Below the pieces are notes generated by a model. That model was not told where the DNA came from. It was given only the letters and a program-made list of their open reading frames with translations, and searched no databases. A stretch of 64,000 nt of DNA, from NCBI GenBank assembly GCA_015487635.1, contig WFPM01000014.1:407-64406 (forward strand), in the 5' to 3' direction. Every line of letters starts with the position of its first letter. The stretch's first letter is position 1. The translations under genes and the position numbers were made by a program. Positions 1-9,056 of this stretch are shown here, in pieces. Origin of the DNA: Rhodothermus sp. (GTDB taxonomy: Bacteria; Bacteroidota; Rhodothermia; Rhodothermales; Rhodothermaceae).

Positions 1-179
1 GTTTCTCTTTTCAGAATCTTTACAGATCCCCGATTTACACAAAAAAGGATTTTGATTATCATTTCCGATGTATTTAATGCTTAAAAGCAAATTTGACTAA
101 AAAATTTAAACAAAAGTATTGTCTATAGAAATTTCTTTTTCCATAGAAGAGATCAATCCTGAGCCAACCTGTCGTTGTC
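1..179 (+). promoter_or_regulatory. AT-rich upstream/leader region of the nitrate-assimilation operon. It contains a TTGACT hexamer at 93-98 and the imperfect inverted repeat TCTATAGAAA / TTTCCATAGA at 122-147.
   Basis: The composition is sharply AT-rich compared with the GC-rich coding sequence that follows. The hexamer and inverted repeat were read directly. No regulator can be assigned. Confidence 0.3.
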
Positions 180-1493
180 ATGCCGTCCATGCAGAAAGCC
201 ACACGTATCGATCTGTTCAACTTCCGAACGCCCCAGATGCGGGCGTTTCACATGGCCTGGTTCGCCTTTTTCGTCTGCTTTTTCGCCTGGTTCGGCATTG
301 CACCGCTGATGAAGGTGGTGCGCGAGGAGCTGGCGTTGACGCCTGCTCAGGTGGGCAACACGATCATTGCTTCGGTGGCCGTCACGGTGCTGGCCCGCAT
401 GCTCATCGGGCGTCTCTGCGACCGCTTCGGTCCGCGCCGTACGTATGCCGGATTGCTCGTGCTGGGAAGCCTGCCCGTCATGGCCATCGGCCTGGCCAAT
501 TCCTACGAGGCCTTTCTGCTCTTCCGACTGGCCATCGGCGTCATCGGGGCCAGTTTCGTGATCACGCAATACCACACTTCGCTCATGTTCGCGCCGAACA
601 TTGTGGGCACGGCCAACGCTACCACGGCCGGCTGGGGCAACCTCGGCGGCGGCGTCACCCAGATGGTCATGCCCCTGGTCTTTGTCGGCTTCGTGGGACT
701 GGGCTTTACCGAAGCAGTAAGCTGGCGGCTGGCCATGCTCGTGGCCGGCCTCGTATGCCTGGCCACCGGCATCGCCTACTACTTCCTGACGCAGGACACG
801 CCCGAAGGCAACTTCGAAAACCTGCCGGAACACCCCCGGCTGACCAGCCGCGGAAGCTTTCGGCTGGCCGCCCGCGACTACCGCGTCTGGGTACTCTTTG
901 TGCTCTACGCGGCCTGCTTCGGCATCGAGCTGACGATCAACAACGTGGCGGCGCTCTACTTTGCGGATTACTTCACGCTCGACCTGAAGACGGCCGGCAC
1001 GGTAGCCGCTCTTTTTGGACTGATGAACATCTTTGCCCGCACGCTGGGCGGCGCCGTCGGCGATCTGTTCGGTCGTCGCTGGGGGCTGGCCGGCCGCGTC
1101 CGGTGGCTGTTTCTGGCAATCCTAGGCGAAGGACTCGCCCTGATCCTGTTTTCTCAGATGAAGCTGCTCGGGCTGGCCATTGCCACGCTGATCCTGTTCA
1201 GCCTGTTCGTGCAGATGTCGGAGGGGGCCACCTACGCCGTCGTGCCCTTCCTCAACCGGAAGGCGCTGGGTTCGGTGACTGGCATCATCGGGGCCGGCGG
1301 TAATACCGGAGCCGTGCTGGCTGGCTTTCTTTTCAAAGGAGCTCTGCCCTGGAACCAGGCGCTCTTCCTGCTGGGCCTGATCATCGTCGGAGTGGCTTTC
1401 CTGGCCTTTGCCGTGCGCTTTTCGGAGGCCGACGAGCGGGCCGTGCAGGACGAAACGGCCCGCCTACTGGCCGCCCAACCGGTAACCGCCTGA
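180..1493 (+). CDS. narK: MFS nitrate/nitrite transporter (NNP family, NarK/NrtP-like)
   Basis: A 437-aa, highly hydrophobic, multi-TM ORF. Motifs FNFRTPQMRAFHMAWFAFFVCFFAWFG and GRLCDRFGPRR are typical of nitrate/nitrite porters. It is the first gene of a nirA/nasA cluster. Confidence 0.88.
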   Translation: MPSMQKATRIDLFNFRTPQMRAFHMAWFAFFVCFFAWFGIAPLMKVVREELALTPAQVGNTIIASVAVTVLARMLIGRLCDRFGPRRTYAGLLVLGSLPVMAIGLANSYEAFLLFRLAIGVIGASFVITQYHTSLMFAPNIVGTANATTAGWGNLGGGVTQMVMPLVFVGFVGLGFTEAVSWRLAMLVAGLVCLATGIAYYFLTQDTPEGNFENLPEHPRLTSRGSFRLAARDYRVWVLFVLYAACFGIELTINNVAALYFADYFTLDLKTAGTVAALFGLMNIFARTLGGAVGDLFGRRWGLAGRVRWLFLAILGEGLALILFSQMKLLGLAIATLILFSLFVQMSEGATYAVVPFLNRKALGSVTGIIGAGGNTGAVLAGFLFKGALPWNQALFLLGLIIVGVAFLAFAVRFSEADERAVQDETARLLAAQPVTA

Positions 1494-1497
1494 GCCA

Positions 1498-3309
1498 ATG
1501 GAGGACGCCATGCAGCACATGCCGGACCTTCCGTTCAGCGAGGAGCAGAAGCAGTACCTGCAGGGCTTCATGGCCGGGGTACTGCAGCGGGGCGGCCTGT
1601 CCTTCGTGGGCCAGACTGCCGACGGCCGCCTCACGCACGAGCCCGAACAGGCTGTACGCGACCTGGCCACGCCCGCGCCGACTGAGACGCTTTACGGTAC
1701 CCCGATCGACCGGCTCTGCAAGCAGGAACGGATCAAACTGGAGCTGCACCCGCTCGACATGTGGGATCGGGTGCTGGAAAACGCGGCGGCCGGCCGCTTT
1801 CCGGAAGGAGATGATGTGTTTCGCTACAAAGCGCTGGGGCTTTTCTACGTGGCGCCCGCGCAGAATGCCTTCATGCTGCGCTGCCGCATTGCCGGCGGCT
1901 TCCTCTCCAGCCGCCAGGCGCATGGACTGGCCGACCTGGCCGAACGCTACGGCGCGGGCTACTTGGACCTGACCACACGCGCCAACGTCCAGATCCGCGA
2001 GATCGGCGCCCGCGACGCGGCCAACGTGCTCATGGCATTGGCCGACCTGGGCCTGACCTCGCGCGGCGCCGGTGCCGACAACATCCGCAACATTACGGCC
2101 ACCCCCACCACCGGCTTCGACCTGCAGGAGCTCTGCGATGTGCGGCCGCTCGTTCGTTCCCTTTACTACTACATCCTGAACAGCCGCGACCTGTACAACC
2201 TGCCGCGCAAGTTCAACGTGGCTTTCGACAGCGGCGGCGTCATCACGGCAGCTGCCGACACGAACGACCTAGGATTCGTAGCCGTGCGCGTGGAGGAGGG
2301 GCACGACGTGCCGCCGGGCGTCTACTTCCGGATCGAACTGGGGGGCATCACCGGTCATGGCGCCTTTGCGCAGGACACCGGCTTCATGGTACCACCCGAG
2401 GCCTGCATCGCCACGGCGGCCGCCATCATCCGGGTCTATCTGGAAAACGGAGACCGCACCAACCGCAAAAAGGCCCGACTCAAGTATCTGCTGGAGCGCT
2501 GGGGCGTGGAACGCTTCATGGAGGCCGTGCAGGAGCGGCTAGCCTTCCCGCTCCTTCGCTTTCCACGCGAAGCCTGTGCGCCTCGTCCACCGCTACGCCC
2601 CGGCGCCCACATCGGTATCCATCCGCAACGCCCCGAGGGCCATTACTACGTGGGCGTCGATGTACCGGTGGGTCGCCTGCAGGCCGCGCAACTCCATGGC
2701 CTGGCCGATCTGGCCGAACGCTATGGCGTGGGCGAGTTGCGGCTAACGGTCTTCCAGAACCTGCTGATCCCCGGAGTGGCCGAGGCCGATCTGGAGCCGC
2801 TGTGTGCGGCCCTGCGCGAACTGGGTCTCTCGCACGAAAGCACGCCGCTGCGCCAGGGACTGGTGGCCTGCACAGGCAACGCCGGCTGCCCCTATGCCCG
2901 CACCAACACGAAGGCGCACGCGCTGGCGCTGGCCCGGTACCTGGAGGAAGCCGGCATTTCGGTGGACCGTCCGCTCAACATTCATCTGACGGGCTGTCCG
3001 CATTCATGCGCCCAGCACTACTGTGGCGACATCGGGCTGCTCGGCGTCAAGGTAAAGACCGATAGCGGCGAAACGGTGGAGGGCTACGACATCGTGCTGG
3101 GCGGCGGACTGGAGGCCGAGCAGGGCCTGGCTCGCGAAGTAGCCCGCGGCATCCCCTTCGAGGCCGTTCCGCCGCTGCTGGCGCACCTGCTGCGCATCTA
3201 CCTCCAGCAGCGCCAGGGGGACGAGTCGTTTGCCGCCTTCACCCGACGCCTCGACGCGGCCACGCTGGAAACGATCCTTGCCGAAAGCAAACCCGACGTA
3301 ACGCCATGA
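1498..3309 (+). CDS. nirA: Siroheme/4Fe-4S nitrite reductase (NirA/sulfite-reductase hemoprotein family)
   Basis: 603 aa. Cysteine cluster motifs VACTGNAGCPYA and LTGCPHSCAQHYCGDIG are characteristic of nitrite/sulfite reductase 4Fe-4S/siroheme domains. The gene sits between narK and nasA. The start could be any of the ATGs at 1498, 1510 or 1519. Confidence 0.85.
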   Translation: MEDAMQHMPDLPFSEEQKQYLQGFMAGVLQRGGLSFVGQTADGRLTHEPEQAVRDLATPAPTETLYGTPIDRLCKQERIKLELHPLDMWDRVLENAAAGRFPEGDDVFRYKALGLFYVAPAQNAFMLRCRIAGGFLSSRQAHGLADLAERYGAGYLDLTTRANVQIREIGARDAANVLMALADLGLTSRGAGADNIRNITATPTTGFDLQELCDVRPLVRSLYYYILNSRDLYNLPRKFNVAFDSGGVITAAADTNDLGFVAVRVEEGHDVPPGVYFRIELGGITGHGAFAQDTGFMVPPEACIATAAAIIRVYLENGDRTNRKKARLKYLLERWGVERFMEAVQERLAFPLLRFPREACAPRPPLRPGAHIGIHPQRPEGHYYVGVDVPVGRLQAAQLHGLADLAERYGVGELRLTVFQNLLIPGVAEADLEPLCAALRELGLSHESTPLRQGLVACTGNAGCPYARTNTKAHALALARYLEEAGISVDRPLNIHLTGCPHSCAQHYCGDIGLLGVKVKTDSGETVEGYDIVLGGGLEAEQGLAREVARGIPFEAVPPLLAHLLRIYLQQRQGDESFAAFTRRLDAATLETILAESKPDVTP

Positions 3310-3923
3310 CACCCATGGTTCCGTATATCCCGGAAAATGCCCCCTTCACGCCGGCCCAGCGGGCCTGGCTCAACGGATTCCTGGCGGGGCTGTTTTCGAC
3401 ACAACCGGTCCGCTCATCAGCCACGGTGCCCGAAACTTCGCCAGACCGTCCGGCCGTGACCATTCTGTTCGGCTCCCAGACAGGCACGGCCGAAGGGCTG
3501 GCCCGTGAGGCTGGCCGCCGCCTGAACGAGCAGGGCTTCTCGGCTACCGTCACGGGCATGGAAGCCTACGATCCGTCCCGGCTGGCCCAGGAACGCTTCC
3601 TGCTCATCATTACCAGCACCTACGGCGACGGCGACATGCCGGACAACGCCCAGACCTTCTGGGACTTTCTGTCGAGCGACCGGGCACCGGCGCTCGGCCA
3701 TGTTCAGTTCAGCGTGCTGGCCCTAGGCGACAGCAGCTATCCCCACTTCTGCGCGGCGGGCAAGGCCTTCGATGCCCGCCTGGAAGCCCTGGGCGCCCGG
3801 CGCCTGTACCCACGCGTCGATTGCGATGTGGACGTCGAAGCGCCCTTTGAACAGTGGTTTCGGGGCGTTTTACAGGCCCTCCAAACAGCAAGCGCAACCC
3901 AACCGCTTCGTCAGGCTGCCTGA
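3306..3923 (+). CDS. Stand-alone FMN flavodoxin-domain protein (CysJ N-terminal-like)
   Basis: 205 aa. Motifs TILFGSQTGTAEGLA and ITSTYGDGDMPDNA match the flavodoxin module of diflavin reductases. Its start overlaps the nirA stop by an ATGA. Confidence 0.8.
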   Translation: MTPMVPYIPENAPFTPAQRAWLNGFLAGLFSTQPVRSSATVPETSPDRPAVTILFGSQTGTAEGLAREAGRRLNEQGFSATVTGMEAYDPSRLAQERFLLIITSTYGDGDMPDNAQTFWDFLSSDRAPALGHVQFSVLALGDSSYPHFCAAGKAFDARLEALGARRLYPRVDCDVDVEAPFEQWFRGVLQALQTASATQPLRQAA

Positions 3924-3931
3924 AGTTTGCC

Positions 3932-5227
3932 ATGTACGTCCCGTATCTTCCTGAAACCGCACCATTCACGCCCGAACAGCGGGCCTGGCTGAACAATTTC
4001 TTCCGGGAGCTGGCCCTGAGCGCGCTCAGGGTCGGCAGCGACGACCAGGCCACGGACACGCTGCCCTTCTTGAGCGGCGACGGCCAGGCCACCCCGGCAC
4101 CGCCGGCACCGCCCCGTTACGACCGGAAGCATCCGTTCCCGGCGCACCTGCTCCAGCGCCGGCGTCTCACCGGCGAAGGCTCGAGCAAAGACATCCGTCA
4201 CGTGATTTTCTCGCTCGAAGGTTCGGGCCTTTCCTATGAGGTGGGCGACGCGCTGGGCGTCTATCCGGAAAACGATCCAGAACTTGTCGAAGCGCTGCTT
4301 GCAACGCTCGGATACAGCGGCGACGAGCCGGTCCCGGGTCCCGACGGCACGGAGCTGCCAATCCGGGAAGCCCTGCTGCGACATTACGAGCTGGGCACGC
4401 TATCGCGGCCCTTGCTCGAAGCGGCTGCGCCCGCACACGAATGGCTCCCGAAGCTGCTCGACGACCGTGAAGCCCTCCAGCGCTACCTGGCCGGGCGCGA
4501 CCTGCTCGACCTGCTGCGCGAGGCGCCGACTTTTCGGCCCGACCCGGCCCTGCTCGTCGGTCTGTTGCGGCCGCTGGCCCCCCGGCTCTATTCCATTTCG
4601 TCGAGCCCGCGCGTCCACCCTGAAGCCGTGCACCTGACCGTCGGCGTGGTGCGCTACAAGGCGCACGGCCGCCTGCGCAAGGGCGTCTGCTCCACGTTTC
4701 TGGCCGAACGCGCAGCTCTGGAGCACCCGGTACCCGTTTTCGTCCACACGAACCCCGGTTTTCGTCTGCCCGCCGATCCCGACACGCCGATCATCATGAT
4801 CGGCGCCGGCACCGGCATTGCGCCATTTCGCGCCTTTCTGGAAGACCGCGAGGCCACAGGCGCCCGCGGCCCGAACTGGCTCTTCTTCGGGGAGCGCAAC
4901 CGGGCCACCGATTTCCTCTACCAAGAGGAGCTGGAAGGCTGGCTGCAACGCGGCGTGCTGACGCGGCTCGACACAGCCTTTTCACGCGACCAAGCCCAGA
5001 AGTGCTACGTTCAGCATCGCATGCTGGAGCAGGCCCGCACGCTCTATGCCTGGCTGGAAAAAGGCGCCTGCGTGTACGTCTGCGGCGACGCCACGCACAT
5101 GGCCCGCGACGTCGAGGCCGCGCTGCTAACCATCATCCAGCAGGAGGGCGGTCGCTCCGAAGAAGATGCCCGCGCCTACCTGGCCAACCTGAAGAAAACC
5201 CGCCGCTACCAGCGCGACGTGTACTGA
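3932..5227 (+). CDS. FAD/NADPH-binding ferredoxin-reductase-type protein (CysJ C-terminal-like)
   Basis: FAD motif RLYSISSSP, NADPH motif MIGAGTGIAPFRAF and C-terminal RYQRDVY. The internal ATG at 3932 (MYVPYLPE) was chosen over the 3854 ORF start because 3854-3923 overlaps the upstream gene. Confidence 0.8.
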   Translation: MYVPYLPETAPFTPEQRAWLNNFFRELALSALRVGSDDQATDTLPFLSGDGQATPAPPAPPRYDRKHPFPAHLLQRRRLTGEGSSKDIRHVIFSLEGSGLSYEVGDALGVYPENDPELVEALLATLGYSGDEPVPGPDGTELPIREALLRHYELGTLSRPLLEAAAPAHEWLPKLLDDREALQRYLAGRDLLDLLREAPTFRPDPALLVGLLRPLAPRLYSISSSPRVHPEAVHLTVGVVRYKAHGRLRKGVCSTFLAERAALEHPVPVFVHTNPGFRLPADPDTPIIMIGAGTGIAPFRAFLEDREATGARGPNWLFFGERNRATDFLYQEELEGWLQRGVLTRLDTAFSRDQAQKCYVQHRMLEQARTLYAWLEKGACVYVCGDATHMARDVEAALLTIIQQEGGRSEEDARAYLANLKKTRRYQRDVY

Positions 5228-5232
5228 AGCCC

Positions 5233-8200
5233 ATGCCCGAACCGGCCACGATCAAAACCACCTGTTGCTACTGCGGCGTCGGATGTGGCATTGAAATCCG
5301 GCGCGACCGGTGGGGACAGCTGACGCTCACCGGTGATCCGGATCATCCGGCCAATCGCGGCCAGCTCTGCAGCAAGGGCCGCTACCTGCTGCAGGTGGCG
5401 CTCGATCGCGACGACCGGCTGCTTTACCCGATGTGGCGACCACGCCGTGACGCGCCGCTGACACGCACCGACTGGGACACGGCGCTCGACCATGTGGCCG
5501 CCACGTTTCGCCACCTGATCGACCGCCACGGCCCCGACGCCGTCGGGTTTTACGTGTCAGGTCAGCTCCTGACCGAGGAATACTACGTGGCGACGAAGCT
5601 GGTCAAGGGCTTTCTCGGCACGCACAACATCGACTCGAACTCCCGGCTGTGCATGAGTTCGGCTGTGGCCGGCTACAAGCTGGCGCTGGGCGACGATGCC
5701 CCGCCGATCTGTTACGACGACATCGAGCAGAGCCAGTGCATTCTGATCGCCGGGGCCAACCCTGCCTGGTGCCATCCGATCCTGTTTCGCCGCATCGAAG
5801 CGCACCGGACCGCCCATCCCGAGGTGCGCCTCATCGTCGTGGACCCCCGGCGCACGCAGACCGCCGCCATGGCCGACTTGCACCTGCAGATCCGGCCGGG
5901 CACCGACGTCGTGCTCTACAATGCACTGGCCGCCTATCTGATCGCCAACGGCTACATCGACCCCGACTTCATCGCCCATCACACGGAAGGCTTCGAAGCG
6001 CTCTGCGCCCATCTGCAGGGGGCCACGTTGGAACGCGCCGCCCGCCTCTGCGACGTGCCGCTGGCGGACCTGCAGCAGGCGGCCGAATGGATCGGCCAGA
6101 GTCCAGCCCTGCTGACGCTCTGGGCCATGGGCCTCAACCAGAGCACGGCCGGGGTGGCCAACAACCTGGCGCTGATCAACCTGTCGCTGCTTAAAGGCCA
6201 GATCGGCCGGCCGGGCATGGGGCCGTTTTCGCTGACGGGCCAGCCCAACGCTATGGGTGGTCGCGAAGTCGGCGCCCTAGCCAACCTGCTACCGGCCCAT
6301 CGGGACCTGAACAACCCGGCGCATCGGGCCGAAGTGGCCGCCTTCTGGGGCGTTCCGGCCCTGCCGGATCGACCGGGCCTGACGGCTACCGAGATGATCG
6401 ACGCGCTGGAAGACGGCCGCCTGAAAGCCATCTGGATCATCGGCACCAACCCGGCGCTCAGCCAGCCGGAGCTGACGCGGCTCGACCGTGCCTTCGCCCG
6501 CGCCGAACTCGTCGTCGTGCAGGACATCTCCAGTCGGGCCGCCACGCTCCGGTGGGCCGACGTGGTTCTCCCGGCCGCCGCCTGGCTCGAAAAGCAGGGG
6601 ACCATGACGAATTCGGAGCGCCGCATCACCTACCTTCCGCGCCTGCTGGACCCTCCCGGTGAAGCGCGTCCGGACGTCTGGATCCTCTGCGACTTCGCCC
6701 GCCGCATGGGCTGGGGCCACGCCTTCGCCTACCGGGACGAATCGGAGATCTTCGACGAATACGTCCGCCTCACGCGCGGTACGCCTGTGGACATTTCGGG
6801 CCTCAGTTATGCCCGACTGCAGCGCGAGCGCTCCGTTCAGTGGCCCTGTCCGGCCCCCGACCATCCGGGCACGCCGCGTCTTTTCACGGACCACCGGTTT
6901 CCCACGCCTTCCGGACGGGCGCGCCTGCATCCCGTCCCGGAGCCAGAACCGCCCGAGCCACCTTCCTCCGCGTTTCCGTTTATCTTGACCACCGGCCGCA
7001 TGCGTGACCAGTGGCACACGCGCACCAAGACCGGCAAGGTGGCCCGGCTCAACCGCCACACGCCCGAGCCTTTTCTCGAAATGCATCCGGACGACGCAGC
7101 CGCCTGCGGGCTTCAGGACGGATCCATCGCCGAAATCACAAGCCGCACCGGACGGCTTCAGGTGCGCGTGCGCCTGACACCCGACATCAAACGCGGCGTG
7201 GTCTTTCTGCCCATGCACTGGGGGCAAGAAACCGAAACGGCCGACGGCCGTGCCAACGTGCTCATCCCCTGCCGCGTCGATCCGATCTCGCGCCAGCCGG
7301 CACTCAAGTTTGCCCGGGTGCAGATCGGTCCGATCCGGCGCCGCCCGCAGCGCGTGGTGATCGTCGGCGCCGGAGCCGCCGCCCGCGCCTTTCTGGAAAC
7401 CTACCGCCAGCACAACGACACCGACGAACTGCACCTGTTCGGCCGCGAACCGCACGGCTTCTACAACCGCGTGCAGCTGCCGGAATACCTCACAGGCCGC
7501 CGCAATCTGGAGCAGCTGCGCACAATGGCCGAAGCCCGGCTGGAAGCCCTGCGCGTGCATTTCCACCGGGGTATCGAAGTGGTCGCAATCGATCGCGTCG
7601 CTCGGCTGGTGCACACCGGCGACGGCACGCAACTACGTTACGACCGGCTGGTGCTGGCCACCGGAAGCCGCGCGTTCGTGCCGCCCGGCGTCCCGGTGGA
7701 CTGGCCGAACGTGTTCACGCTGCGCACGCTGGCCGACGCCGACGCCATCCGTGCCTGGCTGGCCCGTAGCCAGCACGTGCTGATCCTGGGCGGTGGCCTG
7801 CTGGGACTGGAAGCGGCGGCCGCGTTGCACGAGGCCGGTTACGACTGCACGATCCTGGAGCTGGCCGACCGGCTCATGGCCCGTCAGCTCGACGAAACGG
7901 CCGCCACGCTGCTTCGCGAGGAGCTGGAAGCACGCGGTCTCCGGATTTACTGCGGCGACTTGGCCGAAACCTTCCTCGGCACCGACCGCTTCGAAGGCGT
8001 GCGCACCCGATCCGGGCGCGAGCTGGCGGCCGACCTGCTGCTCGTAGCCGTAGGCACGCGTCCGGAAACGTGGCTGGCCAAGCAGGCCGGACTCCACGTC
8101 CAGCGCGGCGTCTGCGTCAACGACCACCTGCAGACGAGCGACCCGGCCATTTATGCCATCGGCGAGGTGGCCGAACATCGAGGCCGGCTCTACGGCACCA

Positions 8201-8745
8201 CGCCGGCCGCCGAAGACCAGGCGCGTGTGGCGGCCGCCCATATCGCCGGCGACGTCTGGGCCCGCTATCCGGGCTCCGTGCTGTTCAACATCCTGAAGAT
8301 TCCGGACTTTGAGCTGTGCACGCTGGGCGAGTCGGTGCCCCCGCCGGAAGCAACCGATCGGGAATCGGTGGAGCTGCTGGACCGAACGCGCCGGATCTAT
8401 CAGAAGATCATGGTGCGCAACAACCGCGTGGTGGGGGCCATCCTGCTGGGCGACCGGAGCCACTTCGCTCCGTTGCAGGCGCTGATTGCCGAAGGGCTGG
8501 AGCTGGACATGCCCCCGCACCGACTGTTGCAGCACGTGGAAGCGGCCGAGCCGCCCGAGGGACCGATCGTGTGCAGCTGCTATAACGTGGGGCGGGGCAA
8601 TCTGGAGCGGGCGATGGCCGAGGGCTGCACCGAACTGAAGGCGCTGTGCCGGCGCACCCGGGCCGGTACCGGCTGTGGAAGCTGCCGTCCGGAGCTTCAG
8701 CGGCTACTCGAGGCGTGGCGGGACCGGACGGCGGTCCCAGCTTGA
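5233..8745 (+). CDS. nasA: Assimilatory nitrate reductase catalytic subunit fused to a NirB/NasB-like FAD/NAD(P)H reductase module and a BFD-like 2Fe-2S domain
   Basis: The start at MPEPATIKTTCCYCGVGCG carries the N-terminal 4Fe-4S motif of molybdopterin oxidoreductases. About 700 aa form the MopB-like core. Rossmann motifs VVIVGAGAAA and ILGGGLLGLEAAA follow. The C terminus has CSCYNV...GTGCGSC. Confidence 0.85.
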   Translation: MPEPATIKTTCCYCGVGCGIEIRRDRWGQLTLTGDPDHPANRGQLCSKGRYLLQVALDRDDRLLYPMWRPRRDAPLTRTDWDTALDHVAATFRHLIDRHGPDAVGFYVSGQLLTEEYYVATKLVKGFLGTHNIDSNSRLCMSSAVAGYKLALGDDAPPICYDDIEQSQCILIAGANPAWCHPILFRRIEAHRTAHPEVRLIVVDPRRTQTAAMADLHLQIRPGTDVVLYNALAAYLIANGYIDPDFIAHHTEGFEALCAHLQGATLERAARLCDVPLADLQQAAEWIGQSPALLTLWAMGLNQSTAGVANNLALINLSLLKGQIGRPGMGPFSLTGQPNAMGGREVGALANLLPAHRDLNNPAHRAEVAAFWGVPALPDRPGLTATEMIDALEDGRLKAIWIIGTNPALSQPELTRLDRAFARAELVVVQDISSRAATLRWADVVLPAAAWLEKQGTMTNSERRITYLPRLLDPPGEARPDVWILCDFARRMGWGHAFAYRDESEIFDEYVRLTRGTPVDISGLSYARLQRERSVQWPCPAPDHPGTPRLFTDHRFPTPSGRARLHPVPEPEPPEPPSSAFPFILTTGRMRDQWHTRTKTGKVARLNRHTPEPFLEMHPDDAAACGLQDGSIAEITSRTGRLQVRVRLTPDIKRGVVFLPMHWGQETETADGRANVLIPCRVDPISRQPALKFARVQIGPIRRRPQRVVIVGAGAAARAFLETYRQHNDTDELHLFGREPHGFYNRVQLPEYLTGRRNLEQLRTMAEARLEALRVHFHRGIEVVAIDRVARLVHTGDGTQLRYDRLVLATGSRAFVPPGVPVDWPNVFTLRTLADADAIRAWLARSQHVLILGGGLLGLEAAAALHEAGYDCTILELADRLMARQLDETAATLLREELEARGLRIYCGDLAETFLGTDRFEGVRTRSGRELAADLLLVAVGTRPETWLAKQAGLHVQRGVCVNDHLQTSDPAIYAIGEVAEHRGRLYGTTPAAEDQARVAAAHIAGDVWARYPGSVLFNILKIPDFELCTLGESVPPPEATDRESVELLDRTRRIYQKIMVRNNRVVGAILLGDRSHFAPLQALIAEGLELDMPPHRLLQHVEAAEPPEGPIVCSCYNVGRGNLERAMAEGCTELKALCRRTRAGTGCGSCRPELQRLLEAWRDRTAVPA

Positions 8746-9004
8746 ATCCCGACGTGCCCGGGCGCGGCGCATGCCTTTGCGCAGTCCCGTCGGACCATGG
8801 GCGCCCGGACGCCGGAATCCCCGGCCCCCACGGTTGGCCTGCCGGTTGGCGTAGCGAATGAGCCAGACGGCAATGACCAGCCCGATGGCCATCAGCAGCA
8901 GCGCCAGTCCGTAAATCCAGGGCATCGTGCGTGCAGGGTTCGTTTTCGGCCATGGAAAGTACAAAAAAAATTCATCAAAAGAAACCCGGCTGTTCCGAAC
9001 CCAA

Positions 9005-9039
9005 CAAAAAAGGCCCGATCCTTTCGGACCGGGCCTTTG
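9005..9039. terminator. Bidirectional rho-independent terminator between the convergent nasA and catalase genes
   Basis: A GGCCCGATCC / GGACCGGGCC hairpin at 9012-9036, flanked by an A-run upstream and a T-run downstream. On the minus strand this reads as a hairpin followed by T-rich sequence after the catalase stop. Confidence 0.5.
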
Positions 9040-9056
9040 CTGGCGACGGTGCTTCC

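Noticed and set aside
1-179. AT-rich first 179 nt as a second boundary of foreign DNA
   Set aside because: It is short and lies directly upstream of the narK start. It resembles the other AT-rich promoter regions of this window (catalase, Mn-catalase, oriC) and contains no mobile-element genes. It is most simply a promoter/leader.
8704-8925. Small ORF (MPWIYGLALLLMAIGLVIAVWLIRYANRQ...) with one TM helix, convergent with nasA
   Set aside because: Only the first ~30 residues look protein-like. The rest is Arg/Gly-rich and overlaps the nasA 3' end antisense. It cannot be supported without conservation or expression data.
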